This document shows, one piece after another, positions 45,556-64,000 of a stretch of 64,000 nucleotides of DNA (positions are counted from its first letter, which is position 1; each line of letters begins with the position of its first letter). Below the pieces are notes generated by a model that saw nothing but the letters and a program-made list of their open reading frames with translations, did no database searches and was not told where the DNA came from. The stretch lies in assembly GCF_009914755.1 (NCBI RefSeq), contig NC_060947.1, one strand, 5' to 3'. The DNA comes from the human T2T-CHM13v2.0 reference genome, Homo sapiens. A program made the translations under genes and the position numbers.

Positions 45556-46974
45556 TAACAGGAGCATTGGAGCCTATTGCTCAGAATGAAGTTAGGCAAT
45601 AGTTACATAAATTTGGGGTAGGTTGACTTCTTCTTCACCTAAGGGCTTGTGCTGAGGAAAAAGAGGAAGACTAAGTCCTTGCGAAACAAACTGATGGAGA
45701 GAAGGTACCCTCAGGAAAGCTAGAGTTACTGTTTGATTCCTTTGACTCTAACCTTATTGCCCCTCTTTCAAACATCTTTTCCACCTTCTCTCCTCAACTA
45801 TCCCTTATATAACCTTTTTTATACACTATAGCGACTCCTACTCTCTTTATATACAATAGTTCTTCCTCTCATGTTGTTTACATTATTGTTGTCCATTTTA
45901 TGCTATAATGTAATCTAATTTATGAAAGGTTTGACTTCATGCATTGTTTCTCTAAGGTGATTTTTACTGGTAAGGGACAGGCTGGGAAATTTAACCAAGG
46001 TAATCTGTCTAGAATGAGCCACAGAGTGATATAAGAGTGAGAAATAAGATGTACTTCTATTGGAGAGGTAAAAAAGTTAAATATCTAGTTATAGGGAGTT
46101 TGTGATCATTCGTTGATATACCCGTGATGTTTCCACTGTAGTCTTGCAAATGCTTGAGGTCAGTCCTCCAAATCTTGGATAAAACCCTAAGTCTTCACTA
46201 ATAGCCACATGAACATAGACTTTTACATGATTTTAAAAATGATGATTTTCTTTAAAATTAAACTACACCTTGAATATCTTATCTTTCTTTGCCCTAAAGA
46301 TTTTGCTCGTAAATGATAGGATTCGTTTTACTCTCCTTCATTTTTGACTTTTTTTCCCTCAAGATCTGTAACAGTTACTTTCACTAGACCAAGAAGAAAC
46401 TGGAATTCAGTTCATGGCTCAGTATGTACTTCACATATCTGCATAGATATTCCTCAACTTCCCAATCATTTCATTACACCTTGCCATTGCTAAGGTCTCA
46501 ATCATTTCTGCTTCTGTTTTCTAATAATTTGATCCTAATCTTTTGCTTGAAAAGCAATTCACCTAAGCAAACTCCTTGCTCTGATGGAGGCATGGCTTTG
46601 CAAGACAGGAAAATTTCCTTAGCTTTTTATTCTAATTCAGTGTCCTGCACTTGGGCTAGTGTGTTTGTTTTACAGCAATGTTCTAATTCCTAACTTGACA
46701 TGACTACTTGCTTGAAGCCAAACTATCCCTTATCAGGTCTGTATCCGACATTCTTTGTACCATTTTGGAAATGAATCACTGGCAATTACCATTTGGAGAA
46801 AGGGGGCAGTACTTAACCAAGATTTAATATTTGTTAAGTATAAGTGTCTATCACACTAATTCTTCATGGATAATCATGGAATAGCCCATGAGAAATATAT
46901 ATTCTACCTTTTTTCTTATGTTTAATGGAAGTCTTGCTATACTTCCAGTTACCACTGTTTCTTGTTTACCTTAT

Positions 46975-47600
46975 TGTTTTGGTCCATTCTCACACTGCTA
47001 TAAATACCCGACTTGGTGATTTATAAAGGAAAGAGGTTTAATTGATTCTCAGTTCCACATGGCTGGTGAGGCCTAAGGAAACTTACAATCATGGCAGAAG
47101 GGGAAGAAAGGACCTTCTTTACATGGCAGCAGGAGAGAGAAGAACAAGTGGCGAAAATGAGAGGTGTTTATAAAACCATCAGATCTAGTGAGAACTCACT
47201 TACTATCACCAAAACACAATGGAGAAACTTCCCCCTGATCCAATCATGTCCCACCAGTTTCCTCTCTCGACATATAGGGATTATAGGGATTACAATTCAA
47301 GATGAGATTTGGGTGGGTTCACATCCAAACCATATCATTTGGCCCCTGGCTTCTCTCACATCTCATGTCCTCACATTTCAAAACACAATCATGCCCTCCC
47401 AACAGTCCCCCCAAATCTGAATTCAATTAACCAAAAAGTCCAAGTCCAAAGTCTTGTTAGGACATACTATTATGAGAACAGCATGGGGGAAAGCGCCCCC
47501 ATGATTGATTCAATCACCTCCCACCAGGTCCAGCTCTTGACATACAATCAGATTACAATTCAAGATGAGATTTGGGTGGTGACACAGCCAAACCATGTCA
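46975..47600 (-). mobile_element. Internally deleted MST-type MaLR (LTR, ~115 bp internal, partial LTR)
   Basis: LTR 46975-47337, internal stub, LTR terminus repeated at ~47454-47600; TSD cttat/tttat. Confidence 0.85.
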
Positions 47601-48068
47601 TTTATCAATACATATTAGGTGAAAAGTAGTCTCAATTCATGCAGAACAGTTCTGTTGCTTTTTCCACAAACTTAATTTGTAGTCTTGGTTTGTCTATATG
47701 TAATACTTTGGTGCCTTTTATGTCCACACCTTAAAAGGTACATGCTTCATTGTCACTGGTTATGCTGAAAACTTGATATGATGATGGTGAAGCAAAAACT
47801 GTGAACCTTACTTCATTTCCTTAGGCAATTTAACATTATATTTTGGTGTTTTGCATATTAAAATTAGTGTCCTGAAAAGGAACATCTTTTGATGTTAGTT
47901 AATATTTACTTCTCCTGATTCCTATAAAATAGACTATAGGGTCCTTCTGTAGTCTCATGATTGTAGAATCTGAATCTCAATTCCCACTGAATACTAATTT
48001 TAACATGAGTTAACCACATAACTGCTATATCAAAAAGTCTATCTTCAATTGGGAACTCTTAAGAGACT

Positions 48069-48425
48069 TGCTGTAATTTAAATGTTTGTGTGCCCGCTAA
48101 ATGTGTGTGTTAAAATTCTAACCCTCAAGGTAATGGTATTAAGAGACAGAGGCTTTGGGGTGATTAGGTCATGAGGGCATCGCCATCATGAATAAAATTA
48201 GTGCCCTTACAAAAGATACCCCGGAGAGAATCCTTGCTCTTCAACCATGTGAGGACACAGCCAAAAGTTGCCATCTACAAGCCAGAAAGCACGCCCTCAC
48301 CAAACACTGAATCTGTCTTGATCTTGGATTTCTCAGCCTCCAGAATCATGAGAAATAAAGTTCTGCTGTTTATGAGCTACCTAGTTTATGGTACTTTCTT
48401 ATAACAGCCTGAATGGACTAAGAGA
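48069..48425 (+). mobile_element. MLT1A-like MaLR LTR
   Basis: aatgtttgtgtgccc...ttaggtcatgaggg...gaatggactaaga. Confidence 0.8.
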
Positions 48426-50236
48426 GGTAAACTCTGTCCACAATAGCAGGGATACAAATTTGTTACATATAAGTGTATTTAGATACCCTGGTGCCATCAT
48501 ATGACTAGGAAAAGGATTAACAAGGATCAATATTCCCACCAAATTCAAGTAGTGTGACTTTCAGCAATCACACACAACTGACCTACACATGCCAGGCCTG
48601 AACAATATCACCAGGGACTAAATGAAGTTAACTACTAAAAGAAATGTTACATATTGTCTAGTAAAGGGCAAAATCAGCATTTTTAGTGAGCAGTGCTTGC
48701 CTAATCTGGAAGCTGTGCTGCCCAGGTTTGGATTATCATTAGTATTTAGGACATTAATTCAGACAGAATAAAGTATCAAGTCCAGCGTTGGTAAAGTGGG
48801 CAAATAATCCTGTGTTTCATCTGACACTATTGAGATTTTGTGTGTGGAATTTAGAAAAATAAGAATTATTTGGGGGTATTTTGAAAATCCAGGTGATAAC
48901 CATGTATCTGAGAAAGTATAGAAAAAGATTACCCTTATAACAGGATGATTGCCTAGATAATATTTTGAAGCTTCTCTTTATAGTGATGAAGTGGTATTTG
49001 GACCTATTAGGGAGCATATAGCACATTCTTTATCCATAAAGGAAGTCCACATACCATTTAATCACTCTGCACTTACAGCAAAGAAGTCCTAGCTGAAGAG
49101 GAAGTAAGAGGAAATGGAGCATATAAAAATGGGAGTGCATTTTGGAGAGTTTATTTTTATCCCATGGAAAAATAGGTAATAAGTAAATTGTTTGCTACTT
49201 CAATATCACAGCTGATGCTCGATGTTTTTAATCTCACACAAGTAATACAAACATACACATTCTTGGTTTTATTTTTTGTGAGTTATTTATTCTTTAATTC
49301 TCTTGAAACAAAGCAAGAACAGTTTTACAGTTAGAGAACTTGCTCTCTCCTGTTTGATATTTATCATCTATATAACCAACTACATTCGGCAGAATGAATT
49401 GGTATCTCATCTTAAAAAATGCATTGTGACTTATAAAACAAGATCAGTGAAATGTGGTTTACTGCCACTCATGGAAGTCATAAAATGCCACTTCAATATG
49501 GTCTAAGTAGTAAAGCATTTTATAAAAACTTAAACCCCTTTTTCTCATTTTAAGAACAAAAAAAGATTTAGCATGGCAGCAAAGTTTAAAATTTGAAGGT
49601 CATAGTTCAAATTTATATTTCTGCCTTTATTCACAGAAAGACATCATCACCTCAATAGTTATTACGCATTCTAATTATTCATATCCACAGACAATGAAAC
49701 TACACAGAACATAGAATGCTAGTAAAAAGAAATACCTCAACATTCACTGGAATGATATTACTTGGAGGAAGTAGGCAAGTAAAAATCAAAGGCAAAAAGA
49801 GAAAAGACAGAAATATAAACTTTACCTCTGGGCTGTGACTAAATGACTTTACTCATGGCATAGTGGATTGGCTTTTTCAATGTCCTTAGCAAAGAAAGGT
49901 ACAACAATTGATTCTATTAATTCTGAAGGAATTGAGTAAATGAGAGGATTGAAGATACCAGAGTCATAGGAAACTGTCCAATTTAATCTTGAATTATACA
50001 ACTCATTTCCACTAAAAAATACCCATTTTTCCTTGACTGTTTCTGTTACCTTTTACAATTCAAAGATTATGCCATTAGTCCCTATTAAATTAAAGGACCA
50101 AAGAGACTGATGCATTATAGCCAACCTATTTTGGAAGGTGAGCATAAATTTGTTATTTGATTTCTAGTTTCTGTTTTCAGTTTCAGTTACAAGTCTCTGT
50201 TTTCAAGATCTTGGTTCTGTTTTAAAGATGACTACC

Positions 50237-50567
<331 letters not shown>

Positions 50568-51259
50568 CTAAGCTAATCAGTCTGCTGTTGCTTCCCTGAT
50601 GCCAACAGGTGGCCTTAATAGTTTGAAGTAATAGTCAATAATTTTTGGAGGGCCCTTGTTGCAGTTACCTTTAGTAAGCTTACTATATAAAAGCTGCTTT
50701 GGGATCTCTGCTGTCATCTATAGTTTATATATATTTAGCCTAATGGGCTGTGTCATGATAAACAAACAACACTATTATTACTTCATATTGCACACACACC
50801 TCTATTGTTACATAAGGCTGGGAGAATGACCTCGTCTTCTACCTCTTTCTCTCAATAGTTAATAGGCACTGTAAGATTCTGTAGGAAAAACTAGTATTGC
50901 TCTTTCCATCACAATGAAGATGCACGTCTCAGAAGAGATCGCTTATATCAGATATACTATGGATCTGTGGCTGGTTTACATTGTCCTCTGGACCAACCCA
51001 AGGCAAAATTAAGAAGTAGAAACTAATTTTATTTTATTTTATTTGGTCTCCCCCTACGCATCTGCCAATATGTTTCCCTCTCCTTTACCTCCCTCTGCCT
51101 GACAGCCACACTGAATCCTTTTACTGCCTTCTGTCCCTCACCACTACCTGAATGTCGTGCTATACCAAAGGTGGAGAACCAGCCCATAGCCAAGAAATTC
51201 TCCTATTTCCTATAATCTTCAAAATGTAGAGAGCTCTGTGTTCTTTTTATTAGGGTTTT

Positions 51260-51757
51260 CTCCTTAACAAGTTGAGATCATCTGGATGGATCTATTCTAA
51301 TTACATGAGTTCTTGAAAGCTGAGAACTTTCTCCAGCTAATTGTAGAAGAGTACAGTAGAAGGGGGAAGTGAGAGACTGGAACCATAAGAAAAAATTTAC
51401 CTTTTTTGATTTCAAGAAGGAGGGGACTGCCTTAGAAGGACTGTGGGAAGCCTTAAGGAACTAGGAGAGGATCCCAGCTGACAGCCAGCTAGGAAATGGG
51501 GACCTCAGTCCTAAAAGTACAAGGAACTGAATTTGACCAACAACCTGAATAAGGTTGATAAGCAGATTCTTCCCTAGAAGCTCCATATAAAAACAGTCCA
51601 GCAGACAGCTTGATTTCAGTCTTGTGAGACCCTCAGCAGAGAATCAGTTGAGCTTTGCTGCACTTTGTACCTACATAATTATGAGCTAACAAATTTGTAC
51701 TGCTTTAAATCACTATATTGGTGGTAATTTGTTACTCATCAGCAGAAAATTAATACA
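51260..51757 (+). mobile_element. MLT1 (D/E-like) LTR
   Basis: gacagccagctaggaaatggggacctcagtcc...ggtaatttgttac...taataca. Confidence 0.7.
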
Positions 51758-52537
51758 ATGGATGAATTAGATAAACTAATCCCCTACTCCCTGCTAATAT
51801 GTTACCTGGTTAATGTGTGATCTCTCTCAGGAATGGAACACCTAAATGCACTTAAAATTCATATGTTACAAGGAAATATTAATCAAACTCAAAGACAAAG
51901 TGTCAAAGATGATGTTATGAATATAATAAAAGTAAAATTTAGGACAAAATGCATTAAAGGAGATAAGGGTCATTTTCTAGTTATAAGAGCTATAATCAGT
52001 AATGGAGATATGACATTATTAAAATGTATATGCCTGTAGCAGACCCTTAAAGAATGAGCCTAAGCTTATGATTAGAAACTTTTGGCTGGGATTGGACTTC
52101 AAATCACACCGTATGGACATCCAACTCTTCTACCTTTGAATAAGATCAAACTTGCAGATACAAAGTGAGACAGCTCATGACCAGAAAATTAATCAGCAAT
52201 GAAAAGAGAATGACTACCTGTAAATCAACATGTCCAAGATTGTGGTAAGAGACATGCCACAGTTAATTTGCAACGTATTTCAAATCATCTGCATAGCTCA
52301 TCTAAAATGGCAGACGCTAGCTAGGAATCCCATGAAAGACTTTCTTCACACCTGGAGACCATAGAGTATCAACTTCTATTGAATTCATTGACAGAAACTT
52401 ACCTAGCTCTTTAGAAGTGATATACAGCTTTGGCTAACTCCAAGAATCCCAAACTTGGCAAAAATGAAAGCAAAATAAAACAGCCTTGCAAAGAGAAATT
52501 GGATTGAAATTACTGGATAGGTAGTCTGAAGTAATAT

Positions 52538-52995
52538 TAAGGGAGGAGACCACCCCTCATATTGTCTTATGCCCAATTTCTGCCTCCAAAGAAAAAAAGA
52601 AATAAAAACTAAAAGGCAGAAATGAAATCCACAGGCAGGCAGCCTGGCATCACGCCCTGGGCCTGGTAGTTAAAGATCGACCCCTGACCTAATCGGTTAT
52701 GTTATCTACAGATAACAGATATTGTATGGAAAAGCACTGTGAAAATCCCTGTCCTGTTCTGTTCCGTTCTAATTACTGTTGCATGCAGCCCCCAGTCACG
52801 TATGCTTGCTCAATTGATCACGACCCTCTCACGCGGACCCCCTTAGAGTTGTAAGCCCTTAAGAGGGACAGGAATTGCTCACTCAGGGAGCTCGGTTTTT
52901 GAGACGTGAGTCTTGCCTATGCTCCCGGCTGAATAAAGCCCTTCCTTCTTTAACTTGGTGTCTGAAGGATTTTGCCTGTGGTTCATCCTGCTACA
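52538..52995 (+). mobile_element. LTR2 solo LTR (HERV-E/Harlequin)
   Basis: TAAGGGAGGAGACCACCCCTCATATTGTCTTATGCCC...AATAAA...CCTGCTACA. Confidence 0.88.
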
Positions 52996-55525
52996 ATAAA
53001 AAATATATATTCTAGTTCTCGTACCTGTGTAAGCTTAAACAAGCTATGTCGAGTTCCCCATCAGTAAAATGAGAAGGTTAGATTAGATAAGACAAAAGCA
53101 TCCTCTTTACCTGTGACATTTCTTTTCATAAGTGTCCCTGAGGAAGGACAGTGGACCTTAGAAGTCACTGTCCACCACATATGCTTGAGACTTTTTCTCC
53201 CACAGATTCATGTTCTCAAAGAACAGTAAAGAATTCATCTGATCAATCTTTCGAGCTACTAAGCAGAATGTTCAACATGGCCAATTTCTTAACATGGAAT
53301 TCAATGTCCTTTACAATGCCTCAACCTTTATTCCCAGCCTCATTTGTCACCACGTATTACACTAAATTATTTGCTGTTTCTTTAACACATTCCTTGCTTC
53401 TGTGCCTTTACTCATGCTCTTTTTCATATCCCAATTAATGACCTAGCAAAATTTTACACATCCTTCAATTTCCAAGTCAAATATCACCTCTTTAGGAAAC
53501 CTTATTTAACCACTAATACAGAACCACCCAGAAGATTTTCCAACTGAAAGTTTAGGGCCACTTTTCAGAATTTTTAAGGTCCCTTTTATGAATTAAACAT
53601 TTGTTTATTTAATTATTTATTTATTTATTGGCCAGGTCCTCAGGCAGGAGTGAACTAGCCCCTGTCGGTGGGTACGACCCACTGATATATTTTGTTTGGC
53701 CAGCATACTGTTTTCTTAAGAAGCTGAATCTGCCTTCAGGCAGCTATTAAGCTGTCTAGGTTGCAACAAGCCCCACCACTTAACAGCGATCTTACACATA
53801 CGTGCTATTTTCTCAGGCTCTAAAGACTTTTGGGTTTGCTCTCTCAGCCCATTTAATTTATTCTTTAAGACCGCAGCCAGCCACAGTATTTCTTGGATTT
53901 TTCTACTCCCAAGCCTTGTAGTGGAGTAGAATATAGTTCCCATAATTATAAACGCAAGTTCAGAGGCCCCCCTTAAAATGATCTTTACTGCTGTTTATAA
54001 TAGGGGAGTAGACAGAGGGGTAACAAACTAAGTAACATGGAGATTAACCAGCTTTTCCTTCAAACCATCCTCCTCTCTGGCCTCCTTAGGGTACTTACTG
54101 TCTTCCTTGGAGGGGTGGGAATGAGGGTAGGAGTGGGAGTTACTGTTAAACCTGCTTCTGAATCAAGTTTTATTTTAAATGACATTGTTTATAAGAGAGA
54201 CAATTTACCATCTGCTAGTTTATTATCCATATACACAAAAAAAGAAAACTACATAATAAAGGTAACTGCTAAAATGACTATAAAAATTTTGTTTCCTTTT
54301 GAACTAAAACTAAAGAAACTATAACATGTGACTCAACCTTTGACTACTCAGATTCAGCATTTCTTTCATTAAAACTTTAACCCATAACCCCACATTTCTA
54401 TTTTCTTCCTGAGACTCACTTTCACATCCTGTCGTGACTTCAGGATTTGCACAGCCAGTGGTAATGATCTAAAAGTGTTTCATTTCCTTCTCTGCTGTCC
54501 CCCAAAAGGCAAAATATATCATATTAAATAAATTTCAGTAACACAATAGCATCATTTTCTGCTCAAAGGAGTTTAACCTAGTGCAATAAGTGCAGTATTT
54601 GAATTCCAGCAAGAAATACTTATGCCACACTTCTTTTTAAGAGATGTTTTTTCTTTTATATGCTCCTTTTTATTGGTGACTTTCCGATAGCTTTTCTAAG
54701 AAGTAAAGATTTGTGTTTGCTGAGTTCATTCTAGTCCCCAGGCAATCAGTATCTTTCCCACCACCAAATGTAGAAAAATGCTTGTCTTTTCCCAAGCAGA
54801 GCTGTGTATAATTAAAATTTGGCAAAGGCAGAAAAAGTATCACAAGGATTTGCTGAACTTAACACTATGGTGAATAGAAGCTAGTCGTATAAATTTTTTG
54901 GCAGAATGATACTTTCTTTTATAAGTCCAGTGCTATAGGTTGTGGTAACATGAAGAAGAGACTTTAGATCCTCAAGAGGATCTCCATAACTAAGATGGCT
55001 ACAAAGTCCTCCATCCTAGATACAGTGAATAAATGATGTAATGTTTAGTTAACTCCAGAAAAATCTGAGGGAGCCAGCTTGGTGCCATCTCACTTTCCCA
55101 TTACCAGCCTTCGTGCCTCTCTCTCTCCTTTTCCTCATTCCGAGTTCCTGTAATATAAGATGTTTCTATAATCTAGCTAAAAACTTAATGGTGGGAAATT
55201 AAAGCTTGACCTCTCTGATAGAGGATGGAATATTTGCTTTTAAATAGCTAATGCCTGAAGTGTGGTAGACTCTAGAGAGGCCCTGAAGGTGAATAATTTA
55301 TTTGAGGTTAGCACCTCCTCAAAGCCCATTCCTATTCTATTGACCCTTAAGTCTAATTCTTCTTGTATAAGGAAACATATTAGGGAAAGCAAATGTTCTA
55401 ATTTGAGGCTAATGCCACATTCAAAATTTCGCTTTCTAGTTTTCATTATTTCAAGCATGATATAATGTTCCATTAATTCCTGCCTAGAACCTACGATAAG
55501 AGCCTCCTTAAAAAAAAAAAACATT

Positions 55526-55745
55526 TGGGAGTTGAACAATGAGAACACATGGACACAGGGAGGGGAACATCATACACTGGGGCCTGTCAGGGGGTGGGGG
55601 GCTAGGGGAGGGGCAGCATTAGGAGAAACACATAATGTAGATGACGGGTTGATGAGTGCAGCAAGCCACCATGGCACGTGTATACCTATGTAACAAACCT
55701 GCACGTTCTGCACAGGTATCCCAGAACTGAAAGTATAATAATAAA
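55526..55745 (+). mobile_element. 5'-truncated L1PA 3' end
   Basis: gaacaatgagaacacatggacac...aaagtataata; TSD aaaaacatttgg. Confidence 0.92.
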
Positions 55746-56399
55746 AATAAAAACATTTGGTTTATTTCTGAAACAAAACAGGCTTAACATACCTAATTTA
55801 CAGATGACTTATATTAGACTTCTTCTAGCATAAAAATATTTTGTAATTAAAATTGAAATTGGTCATATATTCTAAAATACAACAATTGACTGCTAACTCG
55901 AATCCATGTTAGTCAAATTCTGCACATCTTAACATATGTAGATTTTTACAAATACTTTTTGATTTTTATTCTTGTCAAACAAAACCTTAAGTAAAAGTCG
56001 CAACTAAGTGATACCTTAATTATTCCATATCAGGAAGTGGAAAATGTTACAACACTATGCAATTTACTCTCAGTTTGATGATTAACTATTAGGAAAAGTG
56101 GATCATTATAGGAACCCCTCATATTCTTCTCTTGATGTAAGGTTCAAGATGAAACACTAGATTAGCTCAACAAAAGGATGTCTCTTCTTGTCTCCAGAAA
56201 AGAGTAACCTTCTGTTCTTGGACTTGAACTCTCAACTGAAAAGTCCCTGGAGAGTGTGCCCCAGGAACAGAACCTCATGTCTCAGGGCTTCTAATAATAT
56301 ACCAATTCTGACCACCACAATGAATACTTTTATAAAACTGTAATTTAAAATTAAATCACTACAGCCCTAATACACCTTCACACAGTCACATGGTTTGTA

Positions 56400-57181
56400 C
56401 AGGCATAACTTGCTTTATTGTGCTTCATTTTATTAAACTTGTCAGATACTGTGTTTTTGTGAAAATTGAAGGTTTGTGACAACCCTGCATTGAGAAAGTC
56501 TATCAGGCCCATTTTTCCAATAGCATATGCTCACTGTGTATCTGTGCCATATTTTAATAATTCTTGCAATACTTCAAACTTTTTCATTATTATTTAATCT
56601 ATTATGGCTGTCTGTAATCAGTGATCTTTGATGTTACTATTTTAATTATTGTGAAGTGTCACAAACTGCACCATATGACAGCAAACCTAAGTTATAAATA
56701 TTGTGTGTGTTGTGACTGCTCCACCAATTGTTCACTCGCTAGACCCTTTCCCTTTCCCAGTTCACTCTATTCCCTGAAACACAAGAATATTGAAATTGGG
56801 CCAATTAATAACCCTACAATGACCTTTAAGTGTTCAAGTGAAAAGAAGGGTTGCACATCTCTCACTTTAAGTCGAAAGCTAGAAATGTTTAAGCTTAGTC
56901 AGGAGGCACATCAAAAGTAGAGATAGGCCAAAAGCTAGCCTCTCGTGTCTAACAAGAGATCTAAACAAAGGAAAGTGTATTGAAGGAAATTGAAAGTGCT
57001 CATACAGTGAACATACGAAAGATAAATTAAGACAACCTTATTTCACACATGGGGAAAATTTTAGTGGCTTGGATAGAAGATCAAACCAGCCACACCATTC
57101 TCTTAAGCCAAAACTTAATCCAGAGCACCAGAGCAAGGCCCTAATTCTCTTCAATTCTGTGAAGGTTAAGAGAAGTTGAGG
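56400..57181 (+). mobile_element. Tigger1 5' portion
   Basis: ta|caggcata terminus; transposase N-terminus MTFKCSSEKKGCTSLTLSRKLEMFKLS. Confidence 0.9.
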
Positions 57182-57184
57182 CGA

Positions 57185-62526
<5,342 letters not shown>

Positions 62527-62844
62527 ATGACTAATTTTCATGATATATATAGTCATGTGATAGTTTACAATTAACCTTTACTGGCTCATCATAACTTTAT
62601 GTATAAGGATGCTTATTGATTCAGCTACTAAGTAAGGAAGAGGAATGTAAGAAGCAATTTTGCTAACCATTTCAGGGTGCCTTATTCAGCAAATGTTGAC
62701 ATTGATAACTCCAAAAATGCTTAAGAATTCCTAGCTCTAATACATTATCCTATTGTTAATTTTCCTTATAAGGCTATATAATTACAGGAATAAATATTTC
62801 AATTCCCAGTAAATTAATACAGAAGGCAGTATACACCAGAGTTA

Positions 62845-63782
62845 CAGGGATACTTCAGAGATATTGCAGGTTTTGTTCTAGGTCATCTCAATAAGTGAAT
62901 ATCACAATAGAGTTGTGTGAATTTTTTGGTTTCTCAGTGCATATAAAAGTTATGTTTATACTATAATGTATTCTATTAAATGTGCAATAGCATCATGTCT
63001 AAAAATCAATGTATATACCTTAATTTAAAAATTCTTTATTGCTAAAAAAATGCTAATGATCATCTGAGCCTTCAGTGGATTGTAATCTTTTTGCTAGTGG
63101 AGGGTCTTGCCTCCATATTGACGGCTGTTGACTGACCAGGATGGTGGTTGCTGAAATTTGGAGTGGCTATGGCAATTTCTTAAAATAAGATAGTAATGAA
63201 GTTTGCCACATTGATTGTCTCTCCCTTTCACAAAAGATTTCTCTGTAGCATGCAATGCTGTTTGATGGTATTTTACCCACAGTACAACTTCTTTCAAAAT
63301 TACCGTCAATCCTTCCAAGTTCTACCACTGCTTTATCATCTAAGTTTATGGAATATTCTAAATCCTTTGTTGTCATTTCAACAATTTTCATAGCACCTTC
63401 ACCAGGATTAGATTCCACCTCAAGAAACCACTTTCTTTGCTCATCTGTAAGAAACAACTTATTCATCAAATTTTATCATGAGATTGAAGTAATTCAGTCA
63501 CATCTTCAGGCTCCATTTCTAATTCAAGTTACCTTGCAATTTGCACCACATCTGCAGTGACTTCCTTCACTGAAGTCTTGAACCCCTCAAAGTCACCCAT
63601 GAGGGTCAGAATAAACTTCATGCAAACTTCCGTTACTCTTGATATTTTCACCTCCTCCCATGAATCATGTGTGTTCTTAATGGCATCTAGAATGGTGAAT
63701 CCTTTCCAGAAGGTTTTCAATTTACTTGGACCAGATCCATCAGAGGAACCGTTATGCATGGCAGGTATAGCTTAATAAATAT
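62845..63782 (-). mobile_element. Tigger1 3' portion, reverse orientation
   Basis: ta|cagggatacttcagagatattgc terminus; minus-strand transposase C-terminal fragments [18 protein letters not shown] and LTDEQRKWFLE. Confidence 0.92.
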
Positions 63783-64000
63783 ACGTACATGTAAATATAT
63801 AAACATTACTTGTATATGCCTATGTATGGATTATCTTAACATAAAAATCTGAAAGAAACAAGGCTTGACTTGAATTAAATTCTTGTGTTTCGAATGGGAT
63901 AAATTCCTCACAGTTTTGAAAGTTGGTACCAGATAGCCCAGGGAAAACTGCTATAATTCCTCAAAAAATCAGCAGTTTAGATTTAAAACGAAACTGTTTA

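Overview
Primate (human-like), AT-rich, repeat-dense genomic DNA with no intact protein-coding gene that I can support. Most of the window is transposable elements: two long L1s, two truncated MER4-group/LTR8 proviruses with recognisable tRNA-Ser and tRNA-Pro primer-binding sites, THE1/MST/MLT1 MaLRs, solo LTRs (LTR2, MER39-like, MER57-like), Alus and a Tigger1. The main non-TE content is an intronless, strongly diverged HNRNPDL-derived pseudogene. It is present as a full-length copy (coding equivalent 30338-31794) and a ~530 bp partial copy (2468-2995), and both carry the same frameshift. The full copy looks like a once-functional retrogene, with a remodelled N-terminus, an in-frame Cys-repeat insert and its own poly(A) signal. 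The window also holds several apparent break-repair scars: templated insertions, a tail-less L1 capture and a probable inversion. I do not see a new multi-gene system. Repeat family names come from recalled consensus sequences rather than a RepeatMasker run, and boundaries of old elements are approximate.
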